A stretch of 64,000 nt of DNA from an uncultured Nitrososphaerota archaeon. Its GTDB lineage: Archaea; Thermoproteota; Nitrososphaeria; Nitrososphaerales; CADDZS01. The position numbers were made by a program, and so were the translations under genes. The notes under the pieces were generated by a model. It was not told the origin of the DNA. It saw only the letters and a list, made by a program, of their open reading frames with translations, and ran no database searches. Of this stretch, positions 53,931 to 64,000 are shown in pieces (the stretch's first letter is position 1; each line of letters starts with the position of its first letter). The stretch is from contig CAWCYI010000004.1 of the NCBI GenBank assembly GCA_963799845.1, positions 448,001 to 512,000 on the forward strand. The letters run 5' to 3'.

Positions 53931-56306
53931 CTATTGGCCCGTCACATACTGAGAAATCTCGGAAATGAATTGAGACTTTGCTCGACTAGATGTAAAGAGG
54001 TAGAGTTCCTTCTTGCACCTGGTTAGGGCAACGTAAAACAGCCGCCTTTCCTCTTCAAGTTTGTCCACCTTCTCATCCTGACTCTTTCTGGCAATTTCGA
54101 GTAACTTTTCTCCTTTGATCTCCGATGGAAATCCAAACTCTCCCTTGATGCAACCTAGAAGCAACACATACTCCGCTTCTCGTCCCTTTGACCGATGAGT
54201 CGTCAGGAACTCCAAGTCAATCTCCTCACTATTTGGAAACTCGACAGCAAGCCGATTCAGCTGATCACGATACCTAGAAAGAACTAGGATTCTCTCGCCA
54301 GAAGCTCTCTTGAGGAGTAATCGGTTTAGCAGATCCTTCACAGCATTTAATTCCCAATTTTGGTACTCCTTTGAAGTAAGATTTTCTGGCATCTTCACCA
54401 AAACAATCTGACAAGATAGATTGGACTTCGCTGTAACATCCTTTCGCATTTGGAATCTGTTGAGTGAAATCAGATGGTTAGAAGCCTCCACTACGTTCTT
54501 TGGGCACCTATAATTCGTTCCGATGAAGCTTTTCTCGGGAAAGGCGAAGTGACTATCAAAATTCAAAATGTTCTGAATATTTGATCCAGCAAACGAGAAG
54601 ATGTTCTGCCAATCATCACCAACGCAGAATAGATGAGAGTCCTTACCTCCAACGATGCACTTGATCAACTCAAGCTGATTGTCTGTAATATCTTGAAACT
54701 CATCTATCAGGACATATGGGTACTTGTGTGCTAGGTCTTCCCTGTTCTTTCTTGCGACCTCAAGTGCGAGAATAATCATGTCGTTGAAGTCGATCGCATC
54801 TTTTAATTTCAGTTGCGATTCGTATTCTTCCCACACAGGAATGACGAAAGAGAGAAATGCTTTCTGTCGTCTGTTCAATTTCATTGTTTCTTCCCTTCGG
54901 GAAATATCTTCGATTCTGAAGCCGTTTGACTTTGCCGTACTGATGAACGAGAATGTCAATATTTCAAGCGGATCATTTTTTGGAAGAAGGCTGTACACTT
55001 TACTCACCACTTCATTCGTGTTGAGCTCGCTTAACACAACTCCATGTTCTTCGAGTAACTTTTTCAAATCTCGAAGGAGCGTTCCCTCAATCCATTGATA
55101 ATGGAACGTCTCAATCAGTGAATGTTTATGCTTCGCAAACTGCCCCCGTGACCACTCCATGCGCCTCTGGTATCGTTCCGATGGATCTTCAGAATTATCC
55201 TTGTCACCATATGCAAACCATTCAGGTACTTTTCCCTCTCTGTCAACCCCTCGATGCTCAATCCAGACATCATAGTCTAAAAGGTGAAAATCAGGAGCAT
55301 AAGTTCGATAATTTTTATTCATGTCTGCCCAAGTGACAGGATCGGCATGCTTGAATTGAACTTGATTGATAAAGAGAAAATTTGCGATGTCACGCTCCGC
55401 GACGGAATCGACACGTTCTGAACTGAGAGTCGTATATCTTTGGTTCCTCACGTACTCGTAGTACTTTTGTGGATCTGGAAAGCTCTCTGCTTCTAGCTCG
55501 TCGTTTTGGTACTCTATTGCAAACTGGAGCATTGACAGAACGAAATCGCGGTTGCTGGATAGTTGTTTGAGAGAAGTACGAATGATTTCATGTTGATCAC
55601 CCTCTTTAGCCACACCATTTCTGAATTTGTGAGAATCTTTTGCGAGCTCTCGCCCAAAAGAATGGAGTGTCCTGATGTTAAAGCCAGAAATTCCATACTT
55701 ATTCGAGAGACGTTCCTGCATTTCACTTGCAGCCACTGTAGTGTATGCTAGAGCTAGAATGTTGTTCGGTGGAATTCCTCTTTCGACTAGGAATGCAAGT
55801 CGTGCAGTCAAAACTCTTGTCTTTCCAGAGCCCGCCGCACCAACAACTAGGCTGTGGGCGTCGTCTTTCACCACTGGTTCAATCTGCTGCGGATCCAGAG
55901 AAGCTTTTGAAAAGAAATCGGCGTGCGTTGCTGTCATCATCTTGACGTAATTCTTCATGTAAGATTGTAAAAAAGAAATGAGCGACTCGATCCTTTTCGT
56001 AGATGAGAGGGCCAATTGTTTTTCCTTTTTTGAAAGGAGTAGACGAAAAATTAGAGCATGACTGGCGTGGTCTGCCATCTCTTTCAAGGATTTCCGAACA
56101 TCTAATCGCATCTTTCCATTCAGATATTGATTGAACGAGAGATAATCGGTTAGCTCTAAGTTAAGCTGGTCAAGTTCTCCAGCGATGTTCTTTACCGATT
56201 TTGCAAGTCTTAATCTGAATACGACGATCCCGACAAGAACGAATACGGCGATTAGGAATGAAACGATAAGAATTATTCCTGTTGAGCTCGAAAATGGAGG
56301 GTCCAA
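53931..56306 (-). CDS. UvrD-family helicase (helicase IV-like) with N-terminal TM and nuclease-like insert
   Basis: GAAGSGKT, LIDEFQD, VGDDWQNIF, NYRC, THRSKGRE, EERRLFYVALTR. Confidence 0.9.
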   Translation of the reverse strand: MDPPFSSSTGIILIVSFLIAVFVLVGIVVFRLRLAKSVKNIAGELDQLNLELTDYLSFNQYLNGKMRLDVRKSLKEMADHASHALIFRLLLSKKEKQLALSSTKRIESLISFLQSYMKNYVKMMTATHADFFSKASLDPQQIEPVVKDDAHSLVVGAAGSGKTRVLTARLAFLVERGIPPNNILALAYTTVAASEMQERLSNKYGISGFNIRTLHSFGRELAKDSHKFRNGVAKEGDQHEIIRTSLKQLSSNRDFVLSMLQFAIEYQNDELEAESFPDPQKYYEYVRNQRYTTLSSERVDSVAERDIANFLFINQVQFKHADPVTWADMNKNYRTYAPDFHLLDYDVWIEHRGVDREGKVPEWFAYGDKDNSEDPSERYQRRMEWSRGQFAKHKHSLIETFHYQWIEGTLLRDLKKLLEEHGVVLSELNTNEVVSKVYSLLPKNDPLEILTFSFISTAKSNGFRIEDISRREETMKLNRRQKAFLSFVIPVWEEYESQLKLKDAIDFNDMIILALEVARKNREDLAHKYPYVLIDEFQDITDNQLELIKCIVGGKDSHLFCVGDDWQNIFSFAGSNIQNILNFDSHFAFPEKSFIGTNYRCPKNVVEASNHLISLNRFQMRKDVTAKSNLSCQIVLVKMPENLTSKEYQNWELNAVKDLLNRLLLKRASGERILVLSRYRDQLNRLAVEFPNSEEIDLEFLTTHRSKGREAEYVLLLGCIKGEFGFPSEIKGEKLLEIARKSQDEKVDKLEEERRLFYVALTRCKKELYLFTSSRAKSQFISEISQYVTGQ

Positions 56307-56486
56307 AGACGAATTTTATGCAATTTCCTGTAGATACTTTAAGGTGCTCAGTGCGAGGATAATACAAACATAGTCAGTCAGAAAGACCCCCAGAGTGAAA
56401 AGAAGAATTTCCGCTCAGTGCTTTACTTTCATGACACATTCTACAGTCTAAAAGCTTTTGAATTGAACCCATATGGTCAACAATGA

Positions 56487-56912
56487 ATGACCAGGGCTGA
56501 AGATGTAATCAATAGGGTTGTGGAGTTTGCAAACAAGCATGACCTCGATTCCTCGGTTGCATTATTTGACCCTGACGTCATCTGTTGGAATCCCATCAGT
56601 CAAGAGATCAAGGGGAGAGAAGCTCGTCGAAAAGTTATCGAAATAGCACTCAAGGCAATTCCCGATCTACAATGGCAAATTAAAACTGTATTAGTTCAAG
56701 GCGACTCGGCAGTTTTCGAAGCTTTGGAGTCAGGTACATTCACTGGCCTTCTTGAATTGCCAAATGGAAATATTCAGCCTACGAAAAAGTCGTATAGACT
56801 ACCATTCATCGCATTCTTGCGAATAAACAATGTTGGCCTAATCGTAGAGTATCGTAATTATTGGGATAATCTTTCCTTTATCCGTCAGCTTGGTATTGAG
56901 CTTAGAGCATAA
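56487..56912 (+). CDS. SnoaL/NTF2-like ester cyclase family protein
   Basis: KAIPDL, GTFTG, IVEYRNYWD...QLG. Confidence 0.85.
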   Translation: MTRAEDVINRVVEFANKHDLDSSVALFDPDVICWNPISQEIKGREARRKVIEIALKAIPDLQWQIKTVLVQGDSAVFEALESGTFTGLLELPNGNIQPTKKSYRLPFIAFLRINNVGLIVEYRNYWDNLSFIRQLGIELRA

Positions 56913-57095
56913 CGAACTTGAGGAAGCGGTCAGAGACCAAAAAAAAGTTAGATTCTAGAACGCTGGTCATCCATTGGGTCAGGAAAAATCCTGAGAAGAA
57001 AACTCTAGAGCAAAAACTCGATTCTGCGAGTATCCAAGCAAATACAACAATGAGAAGGACCAACCTGCTTTATCCTTTTTTCGAGAATTTGCTAA

Positions 57096-57861
57096 TTGCC
57101 TGGAAATAAGATCAAAACTGGTTGCACTGGTTGGAGTTACGAAGATTGGGTCGGTCCCTTCTATCCTCTCGGATCAAAACCAACTGAATACTTGCCCTTC
57201 TATTCTAGTGTCTTCGACATTGTCGAGATTGACACTACTTTCTACTCGAGTCCCAATGAGTGGCTGGTCAATCGCTGGATGGAGGTGACTCCCCCGAATT
57301 TTTCATTCACGGCCAAGATCCCGCAGACAATAACGCACGAAAGAAGATTCAGAGCCTACGACACGGAACTGTCAAACTTTCTCTCCGCTTTGCAACCACT
57401 GCGCCCCAAGTTGAAATGTATACTCGCTCAGATGCCTCCGTCTTTCAACTACAGAGATGATTTCGAAGCGCTAGCCGAATTTGTCAATGACGACAAGAAA
57501 ACGCGCGGAGATGTCAGGCTCGCAGTCGAGCTGAAGAAATACTTCGTTTTTCAGAGACGAGACGTTCGACCTTCTCTGGGAAAACGGGGTGTGCTTTGTG
57601 TGGTCTGCCAATCAGTACACGCGTGACTTTCTCGCCAGGGTCACGGCGGACTTTCTCTATGTGAGGTTCATTGGCGACAGACAGCTCACGAAATTCGATA
57701 GAATCCAGTTGAACAGAACAGTGTTACTCGAGGAATGCTGGAGGAGATTGAGCTCAGCACTTGACTCTGTGAATGAGGCTTTCGTATTTTCAAACAATCA
57801 TTTCGCGGGCTTTGCCCCTGACACCATAAGGGAGTTTAGGAAGATCGCGAATCTTGAGTAA
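57096..57861 (+). CDS. DUF72 family protein (frameshift near 57535)
   Basis: GCTGWSYEDWVGPFYP, VEIDTTFY, QMPPSF, LYVRFIG, FSNNHFAGFAP. Confidence 0.9.
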
Positions 57862-58015
57862 GTTAACCAGGCGGCTCGGTAATTTGAAACGGATATTCTT
57901 GCTCAGTTCTGTGGCGAGATGACAGCTGAAACTGATCCTTATGACGAGAATGATGAATCCTTTTTCTGTGCTGCCTTAGGAGATTCTAAAAAACCAAGAA
58001 GCTGGTTTTCTATTC

Positions 58016-60403
58016 TTAGCTATTTTTGAGCCCTATTCGCTTTAGTAACTTTTCGAATCGCTCGTCAGAGCGAATATTATCAAGCGGGAGACCTCCCCTA
58101 ACAATTATGTACATATACGTAGATCTTTCCGTGTATGCTCTTTCTAACCATTCGAACGCTTTGTCTTTATCACCGAGCCCAGAAAAAGCACATGCCCAGG
58201 TGAACGCGCTAACATGTGGATAGTTGTTGCTGTCCTGCAGTTCCTCGACAATCTTCCTTGCTTCGGTAACTCGGCCTGCTTTTGTTAGTGCATACGCAAG
58301 ATCTAATTGGTTATACGCGTCCTTCCCCTGGCTGAGTTCGATAGCCTTCTGAATTTCTACAATTCCTTCACTAAGCATTCCTTTTTGCACATACGTTAAT
58401 CCAAGATTATCATGTGCATTTGCGACAGCAGGATCTAGACTTATTGCTTTCTTGAATTGTTCTATTGCCTCGTCGTAATGGCCAGCATACATTAGCGCGC
58501 TCGCTGCCACAGTCAGAGTTACTGTTGACAAGGGATCCAATTCTAGAGACCTCTTGATCTCTGTAAATGCTTCGGGAAATTTACTTTCATCGCCGTGGTA
58601 GATCGTCCAGATTGCATGATAGACATATGCCCTAGCAAAACTCGGGTTCAGCTCAATAGACCGACGGAATTCATATTCAGCGCCGTCGAAATCCCAGTCA
58701 TAATTCAGATGTATCTGAGCCATCGACAGATGAGCGTCAGCCAGCATATTGTCGATTTCTAATGCTCTGGCAGCGAATTGCTTTGCTTTCAGTCCTGCTT
58801 CATCTCTCGTTATATAACTCCAGGCACCTAAGTACCAATAAGAGTCAGCGAGCCCGACAAAGGCCAAAGAGAAGAACGAATCTTGTTCTATAGCTAGTTG
58901 GAAGTATTCTATTGCAGTTTCAAATTCCTTTCCAGCAAGTTTGTTGAAATGGAACCTTCCTTTGAGATATAGAGTGTATGCTTCCTGGCTTTTTGTCGGG
59001 ATCTTTTCGAGGCTTTCTTCCTCTTTCGGCAAAAGTTTGACTTTCAGGGCTTTTGCAACGCTTGTTGAAATTTCGCTTTGGATTGCGAATACGTCCTGAA
59101 GCTCTCTGTCATAGGTTTCTGACCAAAGGTGTTCATCTGCCTTCGAATCTATCAATTGAACAGTGATTCTCAACCTGTTCCCAACTTTTCGAACACTTCC
59201 TTCAAGCAAATTCTCAGCCTGTAATTCCTGTCCAATCTCTGTAGTATTCTTGCTCGTTGCCTTATACCGCATAATCGAAGTTCTTGAAATTACTCTCAGT
59301 CCATGTATCTTCGATATTGAAGAGATCAGCTCCTCCGTCATTCCGTCTGCGAAGTACTCATCTTTAGGATCAGGGCTGATGTTTGCGAACGGTAGAACTG
59401 CGATGCGGTTTTTTCCATAGGTGGTTTCTTTGCTCGTGCGGTTTTCTTCGATTCTAGATGTTTCCCGTTTCGCACTTGAGCCACTGAGCACGACTTGATC
59501 GTCTTCCAACCTTACAAACGAGTTCACAAATTCGTTTCTTAGCGATCCCGCTCTAACCCAAAATTCCTTGTTCTCAGGATTACCAGCATCAAAGAGATAA
59601 TCGAATTTGATTCGCTCTTCGCCTGCGGGCATCCTTTCAATACAACGGACAGCGAGCTGACGAATCTGACGTGCGCTCTTTAGTTTGGGATTTAGTGCCA
59701 CGTAATATAGCACAAGTTTTTCGACTTCATCGATCTGACGGCCATACTCCCTTGCTGCGCTCAAGAATTGAGTTGAAACGACTAGAAGTCTATCACCCAG
59801 ACCAAGACCTTCTATCACGAATTCGTTGTCTGGTGGGATCCTACTCAGGAGGTCTATTCCCTTAGGGCGCTTCGCAATATTGTCTTTCATGCCATCAAGA
59901 GAATTTCCAGAGCTACCTGCGAGAATGAAGCAAGTGCGTACTGTTCTTCGGTTGATGGGTGGCTCAAGCGAAGGAAGGAGAGCTTCGTACGGCCATGATT
60001 CCGTTGGTTTCGAATCCACTTCGTCGATGAAGCACAGACGAGGTTTATCCAGTCTGTCTATTTCGAGTACCTCTCTTCGGAAATCTTGTTCGCTCATTTG
60101 AGCCAAGTTAAGCTCCCGATAGAGAATATGATCGCCCATCGACCTCGCAATTTCTTGGATGAAAAATGACTTCCCGCTTCCAGGTGGTGCCCAAATCAGG
60201 TAATTATCACATCCAAAAGGTTGCGAGCTGAGGCTCGAAACGATTCTTTGTTTCGTATCTTTCATCGAATTTCTCGCGGGCTCGTCGTACCTTACAATTC
60301 CACCGACAACTCGGAATCTAGAAAGATCTAAAGTATCGAGTCCTCTGATTAAGGAAATGGCGTTTTGTTCCTCAGAATCGTAATGAGAACCTGAGGAGTT
60401 CAT
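58016..60403 (-). CDS. AAA+ ATPase - TolB-N-like - TPR protein, copy B (intact ORF)
   Basis: WAPPGSGKS, CFIDEVD, DLLSRI, SARQIR; RIAVLPF hub; TPRs. Confidence 0.88.
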   Translation of the reverse strand: MNSSGSHYDSEEQNAISLIRGLDTLDLSRFRVVGGIVRYDEPARNSMKDTKQRIVSSLSSQPFGCDNYLIWAPPGSGKSFFIQEIARSMGDHILYRELNLAQMSEQDFRREVLEIDRLDKPRLCFIDEVDSKPTESWPYEALLPSLEPPINRRTVRTCFILAGSSGNSLDGMKDNIAKRPKGIDLLSRIPPDNEFVIEGLGLGDRLLVVSTQFLSAAREYGRQIDEVEKLVLYYVALNPKLKSARQIRQLAVRCIERMPAGEERIKFDYLFDAGNPENKEFWVRAGSLRNEFVNSFVRLEDDQVVLSGSSAKRETSRIEENRTSKETTYGKNRIAVLPFANISPDPKDEYFADGMTEELISSISKIHGLRVISRTSIMRYKATSKNTTEIGQELQAENLLEGSVRKVGNRLRITVQLIDSKADEHLWSETYDRELQDVFAIQSEISTSVAKALKVKLLPKEEESLEKIPTKSQEAYTLYLKGRFHFNKLAGKEFETAIEYFQLAIEQDSFFSLAFVGLADSYWYLGAWSYITRDEAGLKAKQFAARALEIDNMLADAHLSMAQIHLNYDWDFDGAEYEFRRSIELNPSFARAYVYHAIWTIYHGDESKFPEAFTEIKRSLELDPLSTVTLTVAASALMYAGHYDEAIEQFKKAISLDPAVANAHDNLGLTYVQKGMLSEGIVEIQKAIELSQGKDAYNQLDLAYALTKAGRVTEARKIVEELQDSNNYPHVSAFTWACAFSGLGDKDKAFEWLERAYTERSTYMYIIVRGGLPLDNIRSDERFEKLLKRIGLKNS

Positions 60404-60476
60404 TTCGACAATAGTCCTGAAATAATTTGATTAATATGGCTTAATTTGCATCATTACCCAGCCTTTTCCGATCTTA

Positions 60477-61712
60477 TCATGAATGCTGAGTTTTCGAGTC
60501 TTCTGATTTAGTAGGGAGACCTAGTTTCACCGCTCGATTCGGTGCTAAGAAGAAGAGTATTGGAAGCAGAACAATCGCGGTCACGCCAGTCAATGTAAAT
60601 GCAAAAGTGTATCCTTGCGTCACCGAAACAATTCCAAATAATATTGTAAAGCCGCTGGTAAAGACCAGTTGAACCGAATTTATGACCCCGATTCCTAGTG
60701 TTACTGATTCACTCTTGCTTTCTTCGAGATACGCGGGTATCATGAACATAACTGAACTTGCGACTCCGTAAAGGAATCCAGCTATTGCGTATAATCCCCA
60801 CAAGAATAATACCTCCAGATGCGGTAGAAGGAGGTAGCACAATCCGATGAGAAACGTGAACAACGCCAGGATCGTCCTTCTATCGTAGCCTCTCTCACCG
60901 ACCCAACCTCCAATTATGCCGCCAGGTATGGTGAAGAAGAGGCCTAATCCTAGGATTTCAGCTGCCGTGTCGATGCCCCAGAGTGGATGGACTTGACTAA
61001 AGTATTGGGCGAGGAAATCGGAGCCGATGTATCCACCCGCTGCGAAACCAGCAAGACCAAGAGAGATAGCCCATATCGATTTCGAGCCAAGGACCCGACG
61101 AGCCTGCGACCAAACAACTGATGACAAATCGTGTTGTTCGTTAACTTTGTTGGCGGGAAGAATTACTAGACTCAGGATGGTTGTCACAAGAATTATTCCC
61201 CCGCTAAGTTGAAACGGCGCACCCCAACCATATGCCAGACCTAGAACTGCGCCAGCTAAAAGGCCTACGATTCCGCCAGCGCCGTTTGTGATCCCGAAAA
61301 AAATTCCGATCAGTTTCCCCTTTTGTCCCTCGGAGTAGTACGAGGAGAGCAGACTGTAAGCCGAGCCACTGGACAAGGCTGCGCCCGCTCCCGTTACAAA
61401 CCGCAGAAGAGCGAGTTCTAGAATGTTGATAGAGTATCCAGATAGGAGAGTGGTTGCTCCCATTAAACCGAGTCCAACTAGATAGATCTCTTTGGTTCCC
61501 CACTTTATAGCTCCGAATCCAGATGGAATCTGGAATATCCCAAATCCCCCTAGAAAAGCTCCCAACATGAGCCCAAGCTGAGAAGTATTCACTTTGTACG
61601 CCTCACCGATCAACGGAACTATAGGGGCGATCTCGACGGAAACAAACGTGACTAAAGCTCCGCCGAGTATGAGGACTGCCGCGGACAATGCGCGACGATT
61701 GGAGAGAGTCAA
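60477..61712 (-). CDS. MFS transporter
   Basis: About 12 TMs; LLRFVTGAGAA; GGWVGERGYDRR. Confidence 0.9.
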   Translation of the reverse strand: MTLSNRRALSAAVLILGGALVTFVSVEIAPIVPLIGEAYKVNTSQLGLMLGAFLGGFGIFQIPSGFGAIKWGTKEIYLVGLGLMGATTLLSGYSINILELALLRFVTGAGAALSSGSAYSLLSSYYSEGQKGKLIGIFFGITNGAGGIVGLLAGAVLGLAYGWGAPFQLSGGIILVTTILSLVILPANKVNEQHDLSSVVWSQARRVLGSKSIWAISLGLAGFAAGGYIGSDFLAQYFSQVHPLWGIDTAAEILGLGLFFTIPGGIIGGWVGERGYDRRTILALFTFLIGLCYLLLPHLEVLFLWGLYAIAGFLYGVASSVMFMIPAYLEESKSESVTLGIGVINSVQLVFTSGFTILFGIVSVTQGYTFAFTLTGVTAIVLLPILFFLAPNRAVKLGLPTKSEDSKTQHS

Positions 61713-61763
61713 TACAACCCATCAAGAGCTAAAATATTCAATGACGGCCTTTTTCACAACTAA

Positions 61764-64000
61764 TCATTCTGCATCGGGAAAACCAATTTTCTTCAGCAAT
61801 GCCTGAAACCTTGGATCTGACCGAAAGTCCTCGAAAGCAGGATCGCTATTGATACTCGGAAGAGAGCTAAGATGATACTCATAAGCTCTCTCCAGCCACT
61901 CCATTGCCTTGTCCTTTTCACCTAAGCTCACGTAAACTCCAGCAATAGCTGCTTCTGACCTGTAGCCTTGTTCCTTCATTCTCAGCAAATCGGCAAGAAT
62001 GTTCTTCGCTTCATCGATTTTTCCAGCTTTTGCGTACGCCCAAGCAAGATTGCTTATTTTTGTCACATCTTCCCACCAGACATTTCTATGCCTATTTTGA
62101 TTTCAGAAATTCCTTCCTCAATCATTCCCTTCATGATGTATGCACAGCCCAGAACGTCATGCGCTAAAGCAGAATTCGGGTCTAGCTCGATAGCATTTCT
62201 GAACAAAACTATTGCTTCGTCAATTCGGCGAGATTGCAAAAGATAGCCACCTGCCATTGTGCACGTCCAAGCTGACAGCGGATCTCAGCTCCAAAGCGCG
62301 GTGGCATTCCAAAATGGCTTCGTCAAATCTCCTGCTAAACACGAGAACCTCTGCGAGATCGATGTGACCATCCACCGAGCTGGGATTAAGTTCGAGCGCT
62401 CGTCTCAATTCGATTTCAGCAGCTCGAAGATCCCATTTTTCTGCAAGTAAGAGCCATCCTAGCGCAAGGTGAGATTCAGGAAGGGACGGATCCAATTGGG
62501 TTGCTTTATCAGCAAACATCTTCGCTTGTGGCAGGGCTTCATTCGATGGCAGAAATTCAAACCAACTAAAGGCAGTGTAACATTTGGCCATCACCGAATA
62601 GGCTTGAGCGTAGTTCGGATCTTTCTGAATTGCTTGTTCGCAGTAAAATATCGTTCTTTTGAGGGAATCAAAAGTCAGTCGATGCATGTAAGATCGGCCC
62701 TTCAAGTATAGAGTATAAGCTTCCAGGTTCAGCGTTGGTCTCTTTCCTAATTCTTTGCTCTGCTTCGCGAGAATTGTAATCTGAAGAGAATCAGCGACCT
62801 TTTGGGCGATCTCCGCTTGCAGTGAAAACACGTTCTCGCATTTTCTATTATAATCTTGAGACCACAAATGCTCGTCGTTTTCCACATCAATTAGTTGCGC
62901 CGTAATTCGCAGATCGTCGCCTGCTTTCCTGACACTTCCTTCCAATACCGCCCCAACATTCAGTTCCTTGGCGATTTCGGAGAGATGCTTGTTCGTTTGC
63001 TTATAGCCCAAAACAGAAGTACGGGAGATGACTCTTAGCCCTCGAATTTTAGATAACGTAGAAATTAGTTCCTCGGTCATGCCATCCGCAAAGTACTCGT
63101 CCTTAGGATCAGGGCTGATATTTGCGAAGGGCAGCACGGCGATACGATTTTTTCCGTAGGTTGTTTCTTTGGTTGCAAGCTTTTCGTCAATTCTAGAATT
63201 CTCCAGATTCATAGTTGAGGGTCTGAAAACGATTTGATCATCCTCTAATCTTACAAACGTGTTGACAAACTCGTTTCTCAATTGACCTGTTCTGGTCCAA
63301 AACTCCTTGTTTTCGAGATCGCCCGCATCGAAAAGATAATCGAACTTTATTCTCTCTTCTCCCTTGGGCATGCGCTCGATACATCGAACAGCTCAGCTGT
63401 CGAATTTGACGGGCACTTTTCAGTCGGGGATTCGAAGCTACGTAGTAAAGCACCAATTTTTCGACTTCATCGATACGCCGTTCATGCTCAACTGCTGCAT
63501 TGAGAAATTGGGTGGAGACTACGAGAAGTCGATCCCCCAGTCCTAAACCCTCAATCACGAACTCGTTCCCTGGTGGAATCCTACTCAGAAGATCAGTACC
63601 TTTAGGGCGTTTTGTAATATTTTCATTCATACCTGCTAGAGAATTTCCAGAACTTCCTGCCAGAACGAAGCATGTTCGGACAGTTTTTCTATTTGCAGGT
63701 GGCTCAAGTGAAGGTAGAAGGGCCTCATACGGCCATGATTCACCTGGTTTGGAGTCCACTTCATCAATGAAGCACAGACGAGGTTTATCCAATTTTTCTA
63801 TTTCAAATAAAGCTCTGCGGAAATCTTGCTCACTCATCTGAGCCAAATTAAGCTCCCTGTAGAGAATATGGTCGCCCATAGACCTCGCAATTTCTTGGAT
63901 GAAAAATGACTTCCCGCTTCCAGGTGGTGCCCAAATCAGATAATTGTCGCATCCGAAGGGCTGCGAACTTAGACTGGAAACAATCCTTTGTTTTGTATCT
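61764..64000 (-). CDS. AAA+ ATPase - TolB-N-like - TPR protein, copy C (5' end outside window; about three frameshifts)
   Basis: Window end reads DTKQRIVSSLSSQPFGCDNYLIWAPPGSGKS; ORFs 63238-63879, 62220-63371, 62063-62257 and 61764-62066 join into one paralog. Confidence 0.85.

Noticed and set aside
56387-56395. CCCCAGAG as attR copy of the tRNA-Lys 3' end
   Set aside because: Only about 8 bp; expected by chance
44442-64000. Diversity-generating retroelement acting on the TPR paralogs
   Set aside because: Differences between copies are ordinary, largely synonymous and not adenine-specific; no reverse transcriptase or template repeat in the window
1-64000. CRISPR array, rRNA or transposase
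   Set aside because: No regularly spaced direct repeats, rRNA-like tract or transposase/integrase motif seen

Overview
Archaeal chromosomal segment. Evidence: group II chaperonin, Dph5-DUF357 fusion, BHB-intron tRNAs, TATA-like boxes before apparently leaderless genes. Gene content suggests Nitrososphaerota/Thaumarchaeota, but that is inference. 1-41.6 kb is mostly metabolic: fatty-acid/ETF genes, dph5, a presenilin-like protease, glycosyltransferases, a BlaI/M56 pair, a B-family heme-copper oxidase with three cupredoxins, Vgb-like propellers, P450, penicillin acylase, fumC, thermosome and a catabolic cluster. It also holds three tRNAs with six introns: Tyr with three, Asp with two, Lys with one. 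After tRNA-Lys the sequence looks accessory. The most notable feature is a four-member family sharing a TolB-N-like + TPR module, fused either to a class III adenylate cyclase (1 copy) or to an AAA+ ATPase (3 copies). One AAA copy is a mosaic of the other two, switching at a conserved hub sequence. Many genes have single frameshifts, often at short homopolymers, probably long-read indel errors.
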